From NCBI RefSeq assembly GCF_001194135.2, contig NC_068983.1:68284900-68348899 (forward strand): 64,000 bases of DNA, read 5' to 3'. Origin of the DNA: Octopus bimaculoides (lineage: Eukaryota). Both the position numbers and the translations under genes were made by a program. This document shows positions 36,801-51,052 of the stretch, one piece after another; position 1 is the stretch's first letter; each line of letters starts with the position of its first letter. Under the pieces are notes generated by a model, which made no database searches, was not told the DNA's origin, and was given only the letters and a program-made list of their open reading frames with translations.

Positions 36801-39800
36801 GAAAAGGAAGAGAGAAACAAATTGAAGTACTAATTACCTTGTATAGCTGTGGTGGTAATGAAGGAATGGAAAAGAAATGGAAAGAAAACAAGGTTAATGT
36901 TGGTTTGTTTACATTTAAAAGAGAAATTCAAAGAAAATACATTTAAAAATACAGTAGTATCTCATATATGACATAATGAGATGAAAAATTAAGAAAGGTC
37001 AAGAGGAAAATTAACAGGACATATTCACCAGGAATGCAACAGAAACGAGTCCAAAGCCCTAGTCTTGGGCGATGTGATAGTACAAATAAAAGGATAATAG
37101 CTACGAACTACAAATGTCCATAGAGCTGGTGCTTGTCTCTGGCTTCTATTGTGTCAGACACAAGTCTCTTATAAGTAACACTTTCAGTAACATTAGGTAC
37201 CAATTCCTATATAGGTAACCAAACTGAGACAATGCAAAATTAAATGTTCCATTCAGTCATAACACGATACCTAATGACTTGATAGTTTGAGACAATTTCC
37301 ATCCCTTTCTTGAGACAAGGAACCTAGAAAAATTTTAAAACAATTTCTATCCCCTACACATTGACAATGGAGTCCCACAGTGAATTATGAAAGATCTGAG
37401 AAAATGTACATACCTCAGTAGTTGCATGAGATTTGTGAACCTTGATACGGTCATGCAATCGGGCTTGTAAGTTACGAACTACACATGACATCTCACCATT
37501 TTCTTTACGCAATAGCTCATAGTCATCCAGTTTACCAATAGCAAATAAGGAACGAAGATCTGAGCTAATACGCACTGGTGAATTTGCTATAGAAATAGAA
37601 ATAAAAAATATAGTCAAAAAGAATTTCACTCACTGCAGAAAGCTGCTGCAGTAATAGTTATTATTGATTGATTAAATTTAAAAACAGTGGGTTCTAAAGC
37701 TTAAGCCCCCAACAAAATTGTTCGTTCCATCCAGAGAAGTTTGGTTGCAAAGTGAACTTTGATATTATGGAAAGGCAGAAACAGTAGGATGCCAGAAGGA
37801 ATTGTGATATCATGTGATATCTAAATACATTCTTTTATGTTCTGGCTCCAAAACCTGATGAGGCTGTCTTTTCTGCCATTTTTTCTGAGTTAATAAAATT
37901 AAGTATTGAGGTGAATTTAATTAATTGCCCCCAACCTATAAATGTGTGCCTTTCTGCCAAAGTTGGAAATCTGTTTTACAGTAGGTAATAGTCGAATACT
38001 GGAGTTGATATAATCAACATTTCCTTTCACAAACTTTCTATCTTTGAAAACCAATATTATAGTAAACTGTCAGTGGAAGTGTATTTTTAGGACCACATTA
38101 TGCAGTGCGTCCTACTTTTCTAAGTCAGTGGGGTGTGATTTGATGGAAATTTGGCAGCTATTTCTATGTAGCTGCACAACCACACAGGATCGCTCATCGA
38201 CATGTTTGGAGACAATATAATTGATGGAGAGTCAGACAAAGTACTTTCCGACATTCCAATTTCCTGTTTGAAAACTCCACTTAAGCTAACTCTAAATCTT
38301 TTATCCAACCCTTTCTGAATCAATAAACACCAGCAATTAAACTAATCAGCTGAATTCTGTCCCCCAAAAGGCCTTGGAATCTACAACCCAGTTCAATTCC
38401 TGGTTGAAAGAGCCTCTTGCTTTCTGTTTTAGACTCGTAACCATAACTTGTAACTATTAAGAATGGAACCATATAAAAAGCACCCAGTCCTGGCAATGGG
38501 AAGGGCATCTAGCTATAAAAACCATGACAAAGCTTTTGCCAAGCTGTCCAACTAATGCCAGTATGGAATTGAGACATTAAATGATGATGATGATGATGCT
38601 GTGTTTGGAATTTTTCCATTTGTACATTATCTTCAAATTGATAAAGAAAAGATATGTTGTGATTTTTACGCTTTTCCAAGGCATAAATAAAATGAAATGA
38701 AGCAATAATAAAAATCAAGTTGAGGACTGAGACCAGCAGAGGTTTATATCACCTATACTTGTCAAATTAAACTACAATGTTGAAGTAATGTTTTACATTG
38801 AAGATGTTGCACAATGACATACCAGCATGTTACAATGATTCTGTATTACAATGTCACAGTAGTATTAAAGTGTGCAATGTAAAACTAATCCATCAAATAA
38901 ATTCCACATTTTATAGGGAATGTGTATAGCCAGTTTAGTCTACTACAAAGTATTACTAATAATTGCTTTAGATCAAAATTGACATTGATGGGAACAACCA
39001 AACTGGGTTGCACACTTAGATCATTAGGAACCTATCTCTTAATTTAGATAATCAGAATGAAGTTTGTGACAGAGAAACAACACACTGTCTGTAGTGACAT
39101 GACCTCTCAGTTACATGACGCAGGGGCATAATATATTTCTGATGTGAAATGTAATCCTACCCCAAATCTAGTGACACAACACACTGCTCACAAGAGGATA
39201 TGACCTACTTACATGTCAGCCATATTGACCTACTTACATATCAGACAAGAATTGAAGTAAATTGTGGAGAATTGATGTAAAAAAAACAAACAAATTACCA
39301 GGACTGCCAGGTGGGTCAAATGACCAGTATGTGATATGATCCTTAGCTAAGGAGAGAGATGCTGGCCAAGTATAGGCCAAACTACTTTTATGCAACACAT
39401 CTTCTGTCCACTTGACATCCTTGCTGTCATTGTTTGATGGGTCATTTTCTAACTCTGATAATAAAAAAGCAAAATACAGACATTACACACATAAATCTGA
39501 AGATTATTAAAAATCAATATAGTAAAAAAAAAAAATTACATTGGACAAAGAAAAATAGAGACTTTTACCATTATCAAATTTTCATTTTAGCAGAGACACT
39601 GTTACTCTTATATTGTCACACCTTCACTTTAACATAGGACCAAACAGCTATGTGGATATGAAGTTCACTTTGTAACCACATGGTTTTGAGTTCAATCACA
39701 CTGTGTGGTACCTTGGTCAAGTATCTACCACTACAGCTCCAAACTGACCAATGTCTTCTGAGTAGAACTGATAGATGGAAACTGTATTGTGTGTTCATTT

Positions 39801-42800
39801 CTTCTTTTTGCATGTTATTTAATTATTGACCTTCTATAAAAACGAAGCTATATCCTTTAATTTGCTGATTTTCTTTACATGAAGTGAGAAGATACACTGT
39901 GGAACTGTTATTTTAACAAGTTATATCTATTTATCACCCAGAAAGACACATCTGCACCGTCGGATGCTCCTGAATCAGTTGTTAAGTATCCAACCCCTGT
40001 GAAGGAACGATGCTAGATGTGTTGAAACAATTGTAGTGATTAATAAACATTCTTGTATTTTCTATCTCCTGTCTCTCATTTACCACACACACACACACAC
40101 ACATTTGAGTGCATATATTTGTGTCTATGAATATTTACATTTTACGTATTTGCATGAAACTGAGTGAAAAGGAAACAGTAATGCTACGTTGACATTCCCT
40201 GTTCGCAAATTGTCCTATAGCTCTTCATTTTTGAAGACAAGTGGAATAAAACTAAGGGTTAACAATAAGAAGGGCAGCTGGTTGAAAAATAAAATCTCAA
40301 TAATAGGTCTTCATTCAACCTATGCTAGCATGGAAAAAGAGATGTAAAATGAACTAACATACAAACAGAAACTTTCCCTTTCATATTGACACATGGCGTT
40401 AGGAAGGGCATCCAGCTGTAAAAACTCAACCAAATCAGATTGGAGCCTGGTGTAGCCATCTGGTTTCACTAGTCCTCAGTCAAACCATCCAACCCATGCT
40501 AGCATGGAAAGCGGATGTTAAACGACGATGATGATGATGATATTGACTTTTAATAAACACCTTTATTGTAACACAGTCATAACTTCATAGTAATACCATC
40601 ATATTCTTTCAAACAAATCAATAATGTATGCTTAATTTTAAAAGTCTGTTGTTATATCAGATCCTTAAAATTATAAGGTATTTTAACCAACCATATTTTA
40701 CATGTTTTATGTTCAAACTGGTCAGATCTGGCCTCTCACACCTACCCTAAAATGTAATTCTAAAAATATAGTCACATAATTGAAATTGCAAAGCTACAAG
40801 ATAATGCATGACTAATTCAAAACAATGTGAATAAACAAGCATTACATTTGACAAAGCAATCTGAACTCTAAAGGGTTAAATTTTAGTGTCATTAAGTGGA
40901 AAGTTTTAGAAACTACAAGGTATTGAACAGAAGCAATGATTATCTATCCACTCAGTGGTATGTTCCAATTATTTTCAAAACTATACACATTGCAAATGGG
41001 TGGTTATTTTAACAGAATACTGAACAGAAAGCTTATAAGTCTCACCTTTCTGCAAGTTATCAGAACCATTTGATTGTCCATTGGGTAGACTAGAGTTTGT
41101 ACTACCAGCCTCATCACAACTGTCCATTTGTAAGGGTTTTAAACTATTGGCAACGTCATCATTCATAGCATTAGTTAACTGGGAGCCAAACAGATTACGA
41201 GATAATGATTGGTTAGAGTGCTGGGCTACTGGAGGGGATGATGAAGAGTCAATAATATCAATTGTCTGCTTCAACAATTCAGAAGTATTGTTGCCATAGC
41301 TGGATGCCAACTCACTGTCTCCACTCCCATGGGCTGCAAAGAAAAGGATGCATATGTCAATGTCACATTTATAAAAGAATTTAGATTTAAGAATACATGT
41401 TTACTATTTCTACATGAATACACCTATTACAACATTGAGCATTTATCTGACAATTTTAGTTGAATAAGAGAATAGTAAAGTCTAGAAAATAACCACTCGA
41501 CTGATAGGCATTAAATTACAAACTATTGCTACTGTAAAAGCATCTATTCCTCGAAGCTGGTTACTCTCATATCTTCTCCATTCAGGCATCCCTTGCTCGT
41601 TCATTTATCAAGCTCTCATCATCATTACATCCAACCTACACTAGCTACTATGCCAAGTCCTTTCACCCCGGAACATTAGCCTTCTGGAATGTTCTCCTCA
41701 TTCATGTCTTTCCTACCAGTGTTGACCTGCAACAGCTTAAACTTTAGTGACAACAAGCCTTGAAGGGTCTGCTAAGATCAAGGACATGCCCATTCCTCCT
41801 GCCTCAGCAAGTTTTATCCACTAAAACAACTGCTAAGCCAACAAGGGAGTTTCTATGTTATTGCTTGACCTACAACAAGTGGCAGCTAAATCTCCCTCAA
41901 ATCACATTCTACTGCATCAGAACTAACCAAGAGTTAAACAACAACAACACTCCATTAGATATATTTATATACTCTCTGAAACAATTCAAACAGATCTATA
42001 TAAACCAGCAAATAAAATGCTAGCCTCAAAAGAAAATCAGTTACGTACGACAAGTGACAAATTTTTTTTTTTTTTTTTTTGACTTGACTGATTTGACACT
42101 CTCAACATTTGTAAACAACATTAGTGTAATATATGTACTTTGTAGACTGCACAGGGACTACAGAGTCAGTCTCTGTGAAAGCTGAACGCAGAGCAATGTA
42201 ATGCTAAACTATTTTCAATAAAAAATTAGACCAATTTTCTGTCTCTTTTACAATATTAATCTATTTCATTTGGAGTATACAAATAAAGAGGCAATGATTA
42301 TGCAGTTAAGGTGCTTGGCTATGGATCACAGGGTCATTGGTTTAAAAGTTACAATAGCCAATGTATTGTTTATTGCAACAATGTATCGAATCACTTATGT
42401 TCAAACTTTGCTTCTATCACATCAGTACAACTAAGTTTAGCAGTAGAAAGAGGCTTGTTGGACAGTCGGTGAAGGAAATGTCTACTTCAACAATTCAAAT
42501 ACAAACGTTCCAAATTACAATAACCATGCTACATGTGTCTGATGTGGAAAAGATACATGAAATACACAGAGGAAAATATGGCAAAAAGGTGAGAGAGTAG
42601 GGTGAAACGTGGAAAAAAATGATGCCTCACCTGAATCCACTTGCTGTTCATCATCTGATGGCTGTAATCTTCCTAGTTCTAACTGGGTTTGAACACCAGA
42701 TGACAGATTACTTGTCTTCTTTGGCTCACTGATGGTGAAATTGCTCTTGTTACTCTTGCTCTCAAGCTGACAAGAGTTGACCATACTGAGATTCAGGGAA

Positions 42801-45800
42801 GTATTGGTGGTCGACAAGCAGGAGATATTGTTTGATACAAGCAATTCTTCCAGCTTTCGACGTAGGATATTGTTGGTGTTGATACAGCGTTCCATTGATT
42901 TACGGAGATTTCGTAACTCAGCAAGGAACTCGCGAATGTCAAACTTCTTGGATTTGCCTGGTGTTGGAAAGAGATAAATCCAATTCAATCAAACATAACA
43001 CTTTCAATCAATGCAATTTATAATATTAACAATGTCAGTAACAGTATACTGTTTTTTTTTTTAAATTACTTTTTCAGATGACCTCAAAGACAAAGAGTTT
43101 TAGGGAAGGAAAAACTGAATGCATAATATACCTTTTGCAAGGGCATTAACCATGTACAGAAAATGAAATAGCTACAAAAAATTAAATCTAAACTAAGATT
43201 CAGCACTTTTGTATATGCTTATGTGTTTAAGCACACACATAGGATAAAGTATATTTCATACAAAACCCAAAAGTATTAGTAAAAATATTGTAGTTGGTTT
43301 GTGAAAATTCTCCACTTAATAAGAAATAAAATTTGATATTAAGAAAATAGATCATACCTTTAGTTTTCACTTCTAGTTGCTCATACATATCCAGTTCTAA
43401 CTTGAGTGTAGAATTTAAATTTTTATTCTCAGACAGTTGTTCCCTAAGGTCTTGCAGTTCTAATTCCAATCTATAATTAAAGAATATTTAAAAGCTGTTA
43501 GTTATGAACATATAGACAATCTCTTCAAAAGTAATAACTGGAAATTTCAGAAATAGGTAAGACAGTAATGGAACAAAAATATTAGGCAAACTAATTTTTA
43601 AAATATTTTTAACTATGGGGCATATTTGACATGAATGATTTTGGTGTCAATTTTCAGTAAGAAGAAAGGTCAATATCAGTCAAAGAATTTTAAAAATTTA
43701 TAATGAATCATTAAGTGATTAGTAACAATAAAAATGATTAAGTTTCTTTGTCTTTAAAAAAAAAAAAAATGATTGTTCATGGTCATAAATGACATAATTA
43801 CATTGCAATAACCATTGCTAACTCTACTGTATACAACATCAGAGTAAGTTAATATTTACAAGTAAAATATCTTTCCTTAGTCTTTTGAACATGAACAGTA
43901 CAGTGGTCAGACATGCTTTCAGGGGAAACTGAAAACATAGGTACTGTTTATATGAAGGTGATGTTTGTTTACAATTAGCACATGATGTCAAGAAAAAGAC
44001 ACACACATACATGCACAAACAAAACAAGCTTCTTTCAGTTTCTATCAACCAAATCCACCCACAAGGCTTTGGTTGTTTTGGGGCTATAGTAAAAGACACT
44101 TGGCTAAAGGGCTGCATAATGGAACTGAACTCAAAATGACATGGTTGTGAAGCAAATTTCTTAACCATACAGTCATACTCCCTAGAATTAATCCATGTAA
44201 AACGTCTATACAAGCTTACAAAATCCAAACCAACTAAGTGGTGATATTTCTTTTTAGTTTAATCATTTTAACATTTTTATATGGATATAAAAATAAGCCA
44301 ATAATCATAAGCATTCCAATGAAAACAATTTTTTTAAGGCAATGTATCTAGGACTACATCATCCTGTATTTTCTTTTAAAATGCTATATGGTGTAATGTG
44401 AGAGAGATTTAGTTGCTATTTCTAGCAAATCAAGCAACCCTGTACAAACTTCCTCAGCTTATCTATCAATTTTTTGTAGATATTTAGTAATAAGTTTATT
44501 AAGACAAATAAAAAACAAAAAGGGATCAAAATNNNNNNNNNNCATACAACCAGGAACACAGATCATGGAGCACATTTTGAGATTTTGAGCAACTGAAAGC
44601 ATTTCTTAAGTCTCCTCTCTCATACACTTCTATTCATAAACTATTCAAACAAAGATAACGTGTAATAGAATCCACAGAAAATAACTTCAATGCTTAAAGT
44701 GTATCTCACGTTTGTATCTGCGATCGAGCCTCTTTTAATTGCTCTTTTAGTTGGTCAATCTGAGTATCCTTTTGTTGAAGAAGATTATTTTTTTCCTCCA
44801 ACTGTGTTGTCTTGTCTTCTAAGTCCTGAGACAGCTGTTCAATTCGATTGTGCCTTTGGTCCAGTTCAGTCTGCTGATCACTGAGGACATCTTGTAAATA
44901 AGTTAGTTGGCGTTTTTGTTCCTCTAATTGGGCAATATCTTTAGCTACACTTGTTGGAGATCCTTGGAACAGAACAAATAAAAGTGAAAAATATTAAATT
45001 ACACAATGGTTGTTACAAAAAATAAATAAATAAATTCAAGAGAGTAAGCCATATCTATATGTCATCATGACGTATTTTCAATAATATTTGTAAATTGTGT
45101 TACCTATATAGTTACAATAAATACAATAGCAAAAGCTTTAAAGCAAAAGACAGATTCCAAGTAGACCAAATTAATGTCAGTTTTGATAATCAGGTGAAGC
45201 CAAATCACTTCATTAACATCATTAAGGCAGACACATCACACAATCTCAAATCCCTCTTCATAGAATTTTGTAAGATTTTGTATAAATTAAACAATCTTAT
45301 GATATAAAGAACAAAGTTAGGGAAAGAATAGTTTTTATAAGGCATATTATCAAGAGAAGAGTAAATTAATAGACAGACAATTCAATAAAGCAAAGAGAGA
45401 TTGCTTGAGAATTATAAAATGTCACAAACTGCTCATTATTTCATTGTAAAATTTAATCAGAAAATACAATTTAAAAATTAAATGTTTTATTCTTTTTTCT
45501 TTCCATTTACTGTTTTAAATGTATTGGAGTGAATTTTGTAAATTGTTTCTACAATTGTTCTGATAACTGCTAGCAACTCATCTGTAAAGCAAGATGGGTA
45601 ACTGACAAATTTCAAATCTTTTATCTCATTTACACAATATTTAACAACTTTTTTTTTTTATCTCTGATCACTTCCAGAGACCAATATTTTCAATATCTAT
45701 AATTGATTTAAAAAAAAAATAAAACCTTCACCAGCTAATGAAGAGTTTCTACATATTCCTAGCATAATTAATATCACAACTAAATCTCCCATGTTCAACT

Positions 45801-48800
45801 ATCTACTATCTTGAAACAGGGGACTAAATGTTTTAAGAATCTGTTCAATGGACACCAATAAACTATTTGACAATTACTCATACAACTTCAGAGGTACTAA
45901 ATGCAAGTGGTCTCAAGTAAGAGGTGAATTCAGAACAGGGAAGTAGTGAATAAGGTAAAACTCAATAAAGACAGGATTATCCTGATTAAAAACACCAATT
46001 ATTTATCTAATGACTGCAAAGCTTAGATTTGCCTTGTCATTGTGAGCGAAACTATTTAGATACCACAAGACTGTCCAGTCATAACCGGCTGGTGATAGAT
46101 ACTTGATGTTATAGCTCTGTTTGTCATAGCTGACCGAACCTGCTTTAATTCATATCTATCTAGTCTTAGCTGAATGGGATTAATTTTTGTGATTCCCAAG
46201 TGTGTTCAGGAGACTGTTAACTGTGGTTATCAAAAACTTGTAAATATCTCATTTAAATTGTACAAACTCTCTCTCCAGTAATACATATATCTAAAAAATA
46301 AAAATAAAATTAAAAGAATTGAAAGAAAATGTGCAACTAAAACAGCAAAAATGTATGTGGCATGAGAAAACAGTACCGGGGTAAAGCTATCAAAATTACT
46401 TGCTTCAAATCAAACATGCAATATAAATGAGAGTAGGGTTAAAAACCGTGAAATAAGCAAGGGAAATAACTGAATAGTGAATACAGTGTGTGCAATAATA
46501 AGTGTAGCTGGCGATCTTTCGTTTTGATTACATTTTACGTCATTTCTAATCCACGTGCGTTTGTTTGTTTCTGATCAAGATCGTCGCTTTTCGTAAAAGG
46601 GTTTTGGGGTTAGAGTTAAGGAATTCCGTCCCCAACCGTAACCCTAACCCCCTTTTACGGAAACATAAACAAATGCACGTGGATTAGAAATGACGTAAAA
46701 TGTAATCAAAACGAAAGATAGCCAGTGTAGCTTAACAAGGAATTATTTTTGTATTATCTTAGCAGCAACATTGTAACATAAATACAACAGGGCGAGGAAC
46801 AATATTTTCTGGATTTTATTTGGACTTAGTGAATCAGTGTATATATATATATATAAAAATTCAAAACAAAAACGGAATAAAATGGAATAAATCCAGAAAA
46901 GAAAGCAACAAACAAGTTTTAAAATGTGACCAATTTTAGAAATCTGGGTCTCATATTCCTTTGTTAAAATAAACATCCTGCCTGTTGTCCTAACTACCTA
47001 ACTGTAGGTTATTCAAGAGAAGGCAATAGTGACAATAATTCCATCTCAACAGGAAAGTTTACATAAACTATATAGACATCCCTAGAATCTTAATGGGGAA
47101 TATTGATTTAAAAAAAAACAAACAATTCCTGAATTATATAAGGTTGATCAACTATATAGAGGGAGCTTGTATATGGTTGAATGACCTGCAAGATATAAAA
47201 TCTCCTTTAAACGACACTACTGTCTCTAAAAAAAAAAACTCCTTAAACAGGTGTCGGAATGGCTGTGTGGTAAGTAGCTTGCTTACAAACCACATGGTTC
47301 CGGGTTCAGTCCCACTGCATGGCACCTTGGGCAAGTGTTTTCTACTATAGCCTCGGGCCCACCAAAGCCTTGTGAGTGGATTTGGTAGATGGAAACTGAA
47401 AGAAGCCCGTCGTATATATATATATGTTTGTGTGTCTGTGTTTGTCCCACTACATCGCTTGACAACCGATGGTGGTGTGTTTACGTTCCCGTAACTTAGC
47501 GGTTCAGCAAAAGAGACCGATAGAATAAGTACTAGGGTTACAAAGAATAAGTCCTGGAGTCGATTTGCTCGACTAAAGGCAGTGCTCCAGCATGGCCACA
47601 GTCAAATGACTGAAGCAAGTAAAAGAGTAAAGAGTGAATAATGCAGCTCTCAATGCTTAAAATCAAGATGGGATGGTCTTAGCAGCAGCATCTTTGATTT
47701 TAGGCCTGCTCAATTCATGGCTGGCGTTGGTTAAACTGGCTATATCAGGCCCAAATATTTCTCCTGTTTTATGTTCAAACCAACCAGATCTGGCCTCTCA
47801 CACCTACCCTGCAGCACTATTCTAAAAACAAAGAATCATACCATCAAATCTCAAAGCTACAAGATAATGTATTATTAACTCAAAACAGTGAAAATACACA
47901 AGTATTACATTTGACAGAGCAATCTGAATGCTAAAGAGTCTGTCTCTGTAACTATAACAGAACTAGTAATTATTAAATAGTTCTAAAATCTGACATTTAC
48001 AGGGAAAGGAAATTAGATTGTATGCTGATCATGTCTTTTCTAAGAGCATTAGTGATGCAAGAAAAGTGGAATCACAGCCAGATTAAAAAATTCTTCACAC
48101 TACATGTTTATCTCTCAGCATTAGATGAAATTTAAGGTAACAGTTTAATTAGAGACTTTTATTAAGTGTAACAAGATTTTATTTCACAAACACACACCAA
48201 GTGAAAATATAATTACGATGATGATGAAGTCTGAGTAAAGCAAGGAGGAAAATAAGCTTAAAAGTAATTTGGAAATTTGCCAAGCATTTAGAGAAATGTT
48301 GGGGAACAGCTAAACAAGATCAATAAATTACATAGTTTGTAGTATTTAGGAGGTGGTAAAAGGTAAGTCTTGACACAGTGTCAAATATTGATTGTCCTTA
48401 CTCCATTAATACCTTTTGAGAGAAAGAATAAAGATTTCAATATCAGATCAACTCTATAGAGATTTGTGTCTACTCAAAGCTATTCTAAATAGTCCCATTG
48501 TTTTATACTTTGTGACAGTTATGAAGAGTGGCACAGAGTTAATTGGATGAGTGGAAGGAGAAGACAATGGCAGAATCACTTTGGTACCAAGGAAATAGTA
48601 AATGTTAAATATATTGAAAACACACATGAACAAAATGGAGTTTTTGTAAGTTTTGATTGATTAAGCCTTTAATGTTATTTATATCTAATCAAGGACACCA
48701 ATTTCTTCAAAATACGAATATAGTACTTTATAAATGAAAATGATTACAAAACAAAATTGAAGTCTTTTAAGTTAGATTGAAATCTGCATTATAACATTTG

Positions 48801-51013
48801 TACTTTTTCTAAAGGAAGTGGGATAACTAGAACTGGTCGACAGAGATGCATGTCACCAGGAACTTTCTTTCCCAAACCCTTAATGGGTAGGTGAATCCCC
48901 ATTAAAGGCTCTCTCTTTATGTGCCAAGTCATGGGTAAGTCAACCTGGAAGAACTATCCTTTCAGATTAGTGACTGCAACCATAAATAGCATAAATAACA
49001 GTATAGGGAGGAAGAGGTATGGCTCAACAAGGAATTGAACATACATTGCAGACTTAGTACAAGTGCATATCACAACTCCAAAGCTATTTGTATGTCTTCT
49101 TACTCTATATTAATAAACTATCCAATGAAAACTGAAATACTAAGAGTTGTTTTACTGCTAGAAATAGCAGTCAAATTTCACATCACACCTTACTGTCTAA
49201 AAAGAAAAGGACATTGGACAATATAGTCCAAGAAATAAGACACATAAAATAGTATGAAAAGAAGAATGGAACATCTTGATCATAGATCTGCTAGTCTGGC
49301 TCATCTGGGACTCAACAACACTATAATAGCTATATTAACCTGTTTATGATAGTGCTCTGGCAACAACACTTAAGCTGTTCTCTTTAAATACTATCAGTGA
49401 AAGGCATATAAAACAACTTTACAATTTGTTGGAGTGAAATATAAACAAGTATTTGACTTTCAGATTTCAGAGATGAAATACTATAAAATCAGCACAGGAA
49501 TGTTATGCAAATCAAAATAGATAAAAGCAATGAAAATGTCAGGAAGAGAGGGATAATTAAATGCAACGATGAAAACAGGCTAGACATATTTTTCAACATG
49601 TTAAAAAAAAAAAGTTTAAAATACAAACATCCTCGAAAATACAATTCTAAATTAGTACTCTAAATGGTTCTTAACAAACAAGCACAAAATTCAACTGAAA
49701 CCTAAAATATGGCTTTATAAAAGAGAGCAGAGGGATTTGGAAATCATTATTACAAACTAAGTAGAAGTAAAATGATTGAGTGGACAAAGTATTGGGTTAA
49801 TAGCTATAAAAAAAAAATAGTTTGTGAGTTCAAATCCTCTGTAATTGTTTCATATAGTCATTGTTCACATAACTCTACATGTCTCAGTCGACCTAGCTGC
49901 AACAAACATGACACACACTTCTAGGAAAATCTACATGTGACATACTAACATCCTATCCACATAGTGCTACAGAAACTGAAGTGAAGTATCTCTTTTATGA
50001 AATGGATCTTTATAGTTATTTGGAAAAGATTAACCTTTGACTATAAAGTATAGCATGCGGGTGAATTAACCCTATTTCTGACAAGTTTCACATTAAAACA
50101 CTGTTTTAACTGTTTCAAGTCAGAAATGGAGTTGTTGAGAAAGGTTTAATGGGGAGAGAGAAGAACGAAAAACAGTTAAGAAAGGAAGCTAAATACATCC
50201 ACACGAACACACACACGCACACACACACTTACACAGCACACAAAAATACTAACCACATGAAAATTGTTTACACTGTCATAACGTCTGGAATACAGAATCC
50301 CAAACATGAGGGGCTACAAAACACAAAAACAGTTTAATGTTTCTTCTAGTATTCTGGAGCAACAGTTTGATCTGAGATGATTGTACAGTTAAATTATTCA
50401 AAGAATTCACAAACAACAGAAAAGATGAGAGTCTTGCAATAGTATACATATTTTAAAAAACTAATTCTTCTTCCTTGAAATTGTTGTTGGTGCAATCACC
50501 ATCATCTTGCAACAACAATTTACACTTTTAAAAGATTTCTATTACTGCCACCACATCATCATCTCATTTCCTCACTACTATATCATCATTATCATAATAA
50601 ACTTTTCACCACTACTGCTTCTATCACCTCTTCATCCTCCTCCCCCTCACTGCTGTTGCTGCTATCATCCTCTGAAAACTTTGTTGATTATATAAGTTTC
50701 AATCTCACCACTTAGGACAAACTTGTACAGTTAATGTATGACGATGTAGGTTAGATTAGGTAAGAGATCTGTAAGCCCAGTTAACAACTGTTGGTATATG
50801 AATTTGCTGATGTTCAAACCTAATCAATCTTTTTGCACAATTTGTCCCCAACTTCATTGCTGATCATTCAACATTAAGTGGGAAGTTGTGACATTCAAGC
50901 CTATTTCAAAATCATTGGTAGCGAAAACAGTAATGAAAACAGCTTCAACCAAACATTAAAACTAAACAAGAGATTGTTTCTCTTAGACAATTTAACTAAT
51001 CATAATCTATTAT

Positions 51014-51052
<39 letters not shown>

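Noticed and set aside
38120-38323. Minus-strand ORF KGLDKRF... as an extra exon of the coiled-coil gene
   Set aside because: With the required phase-1 entry both candidate acceptors give early stops, and exons 41046 and 37586 already join in frame.
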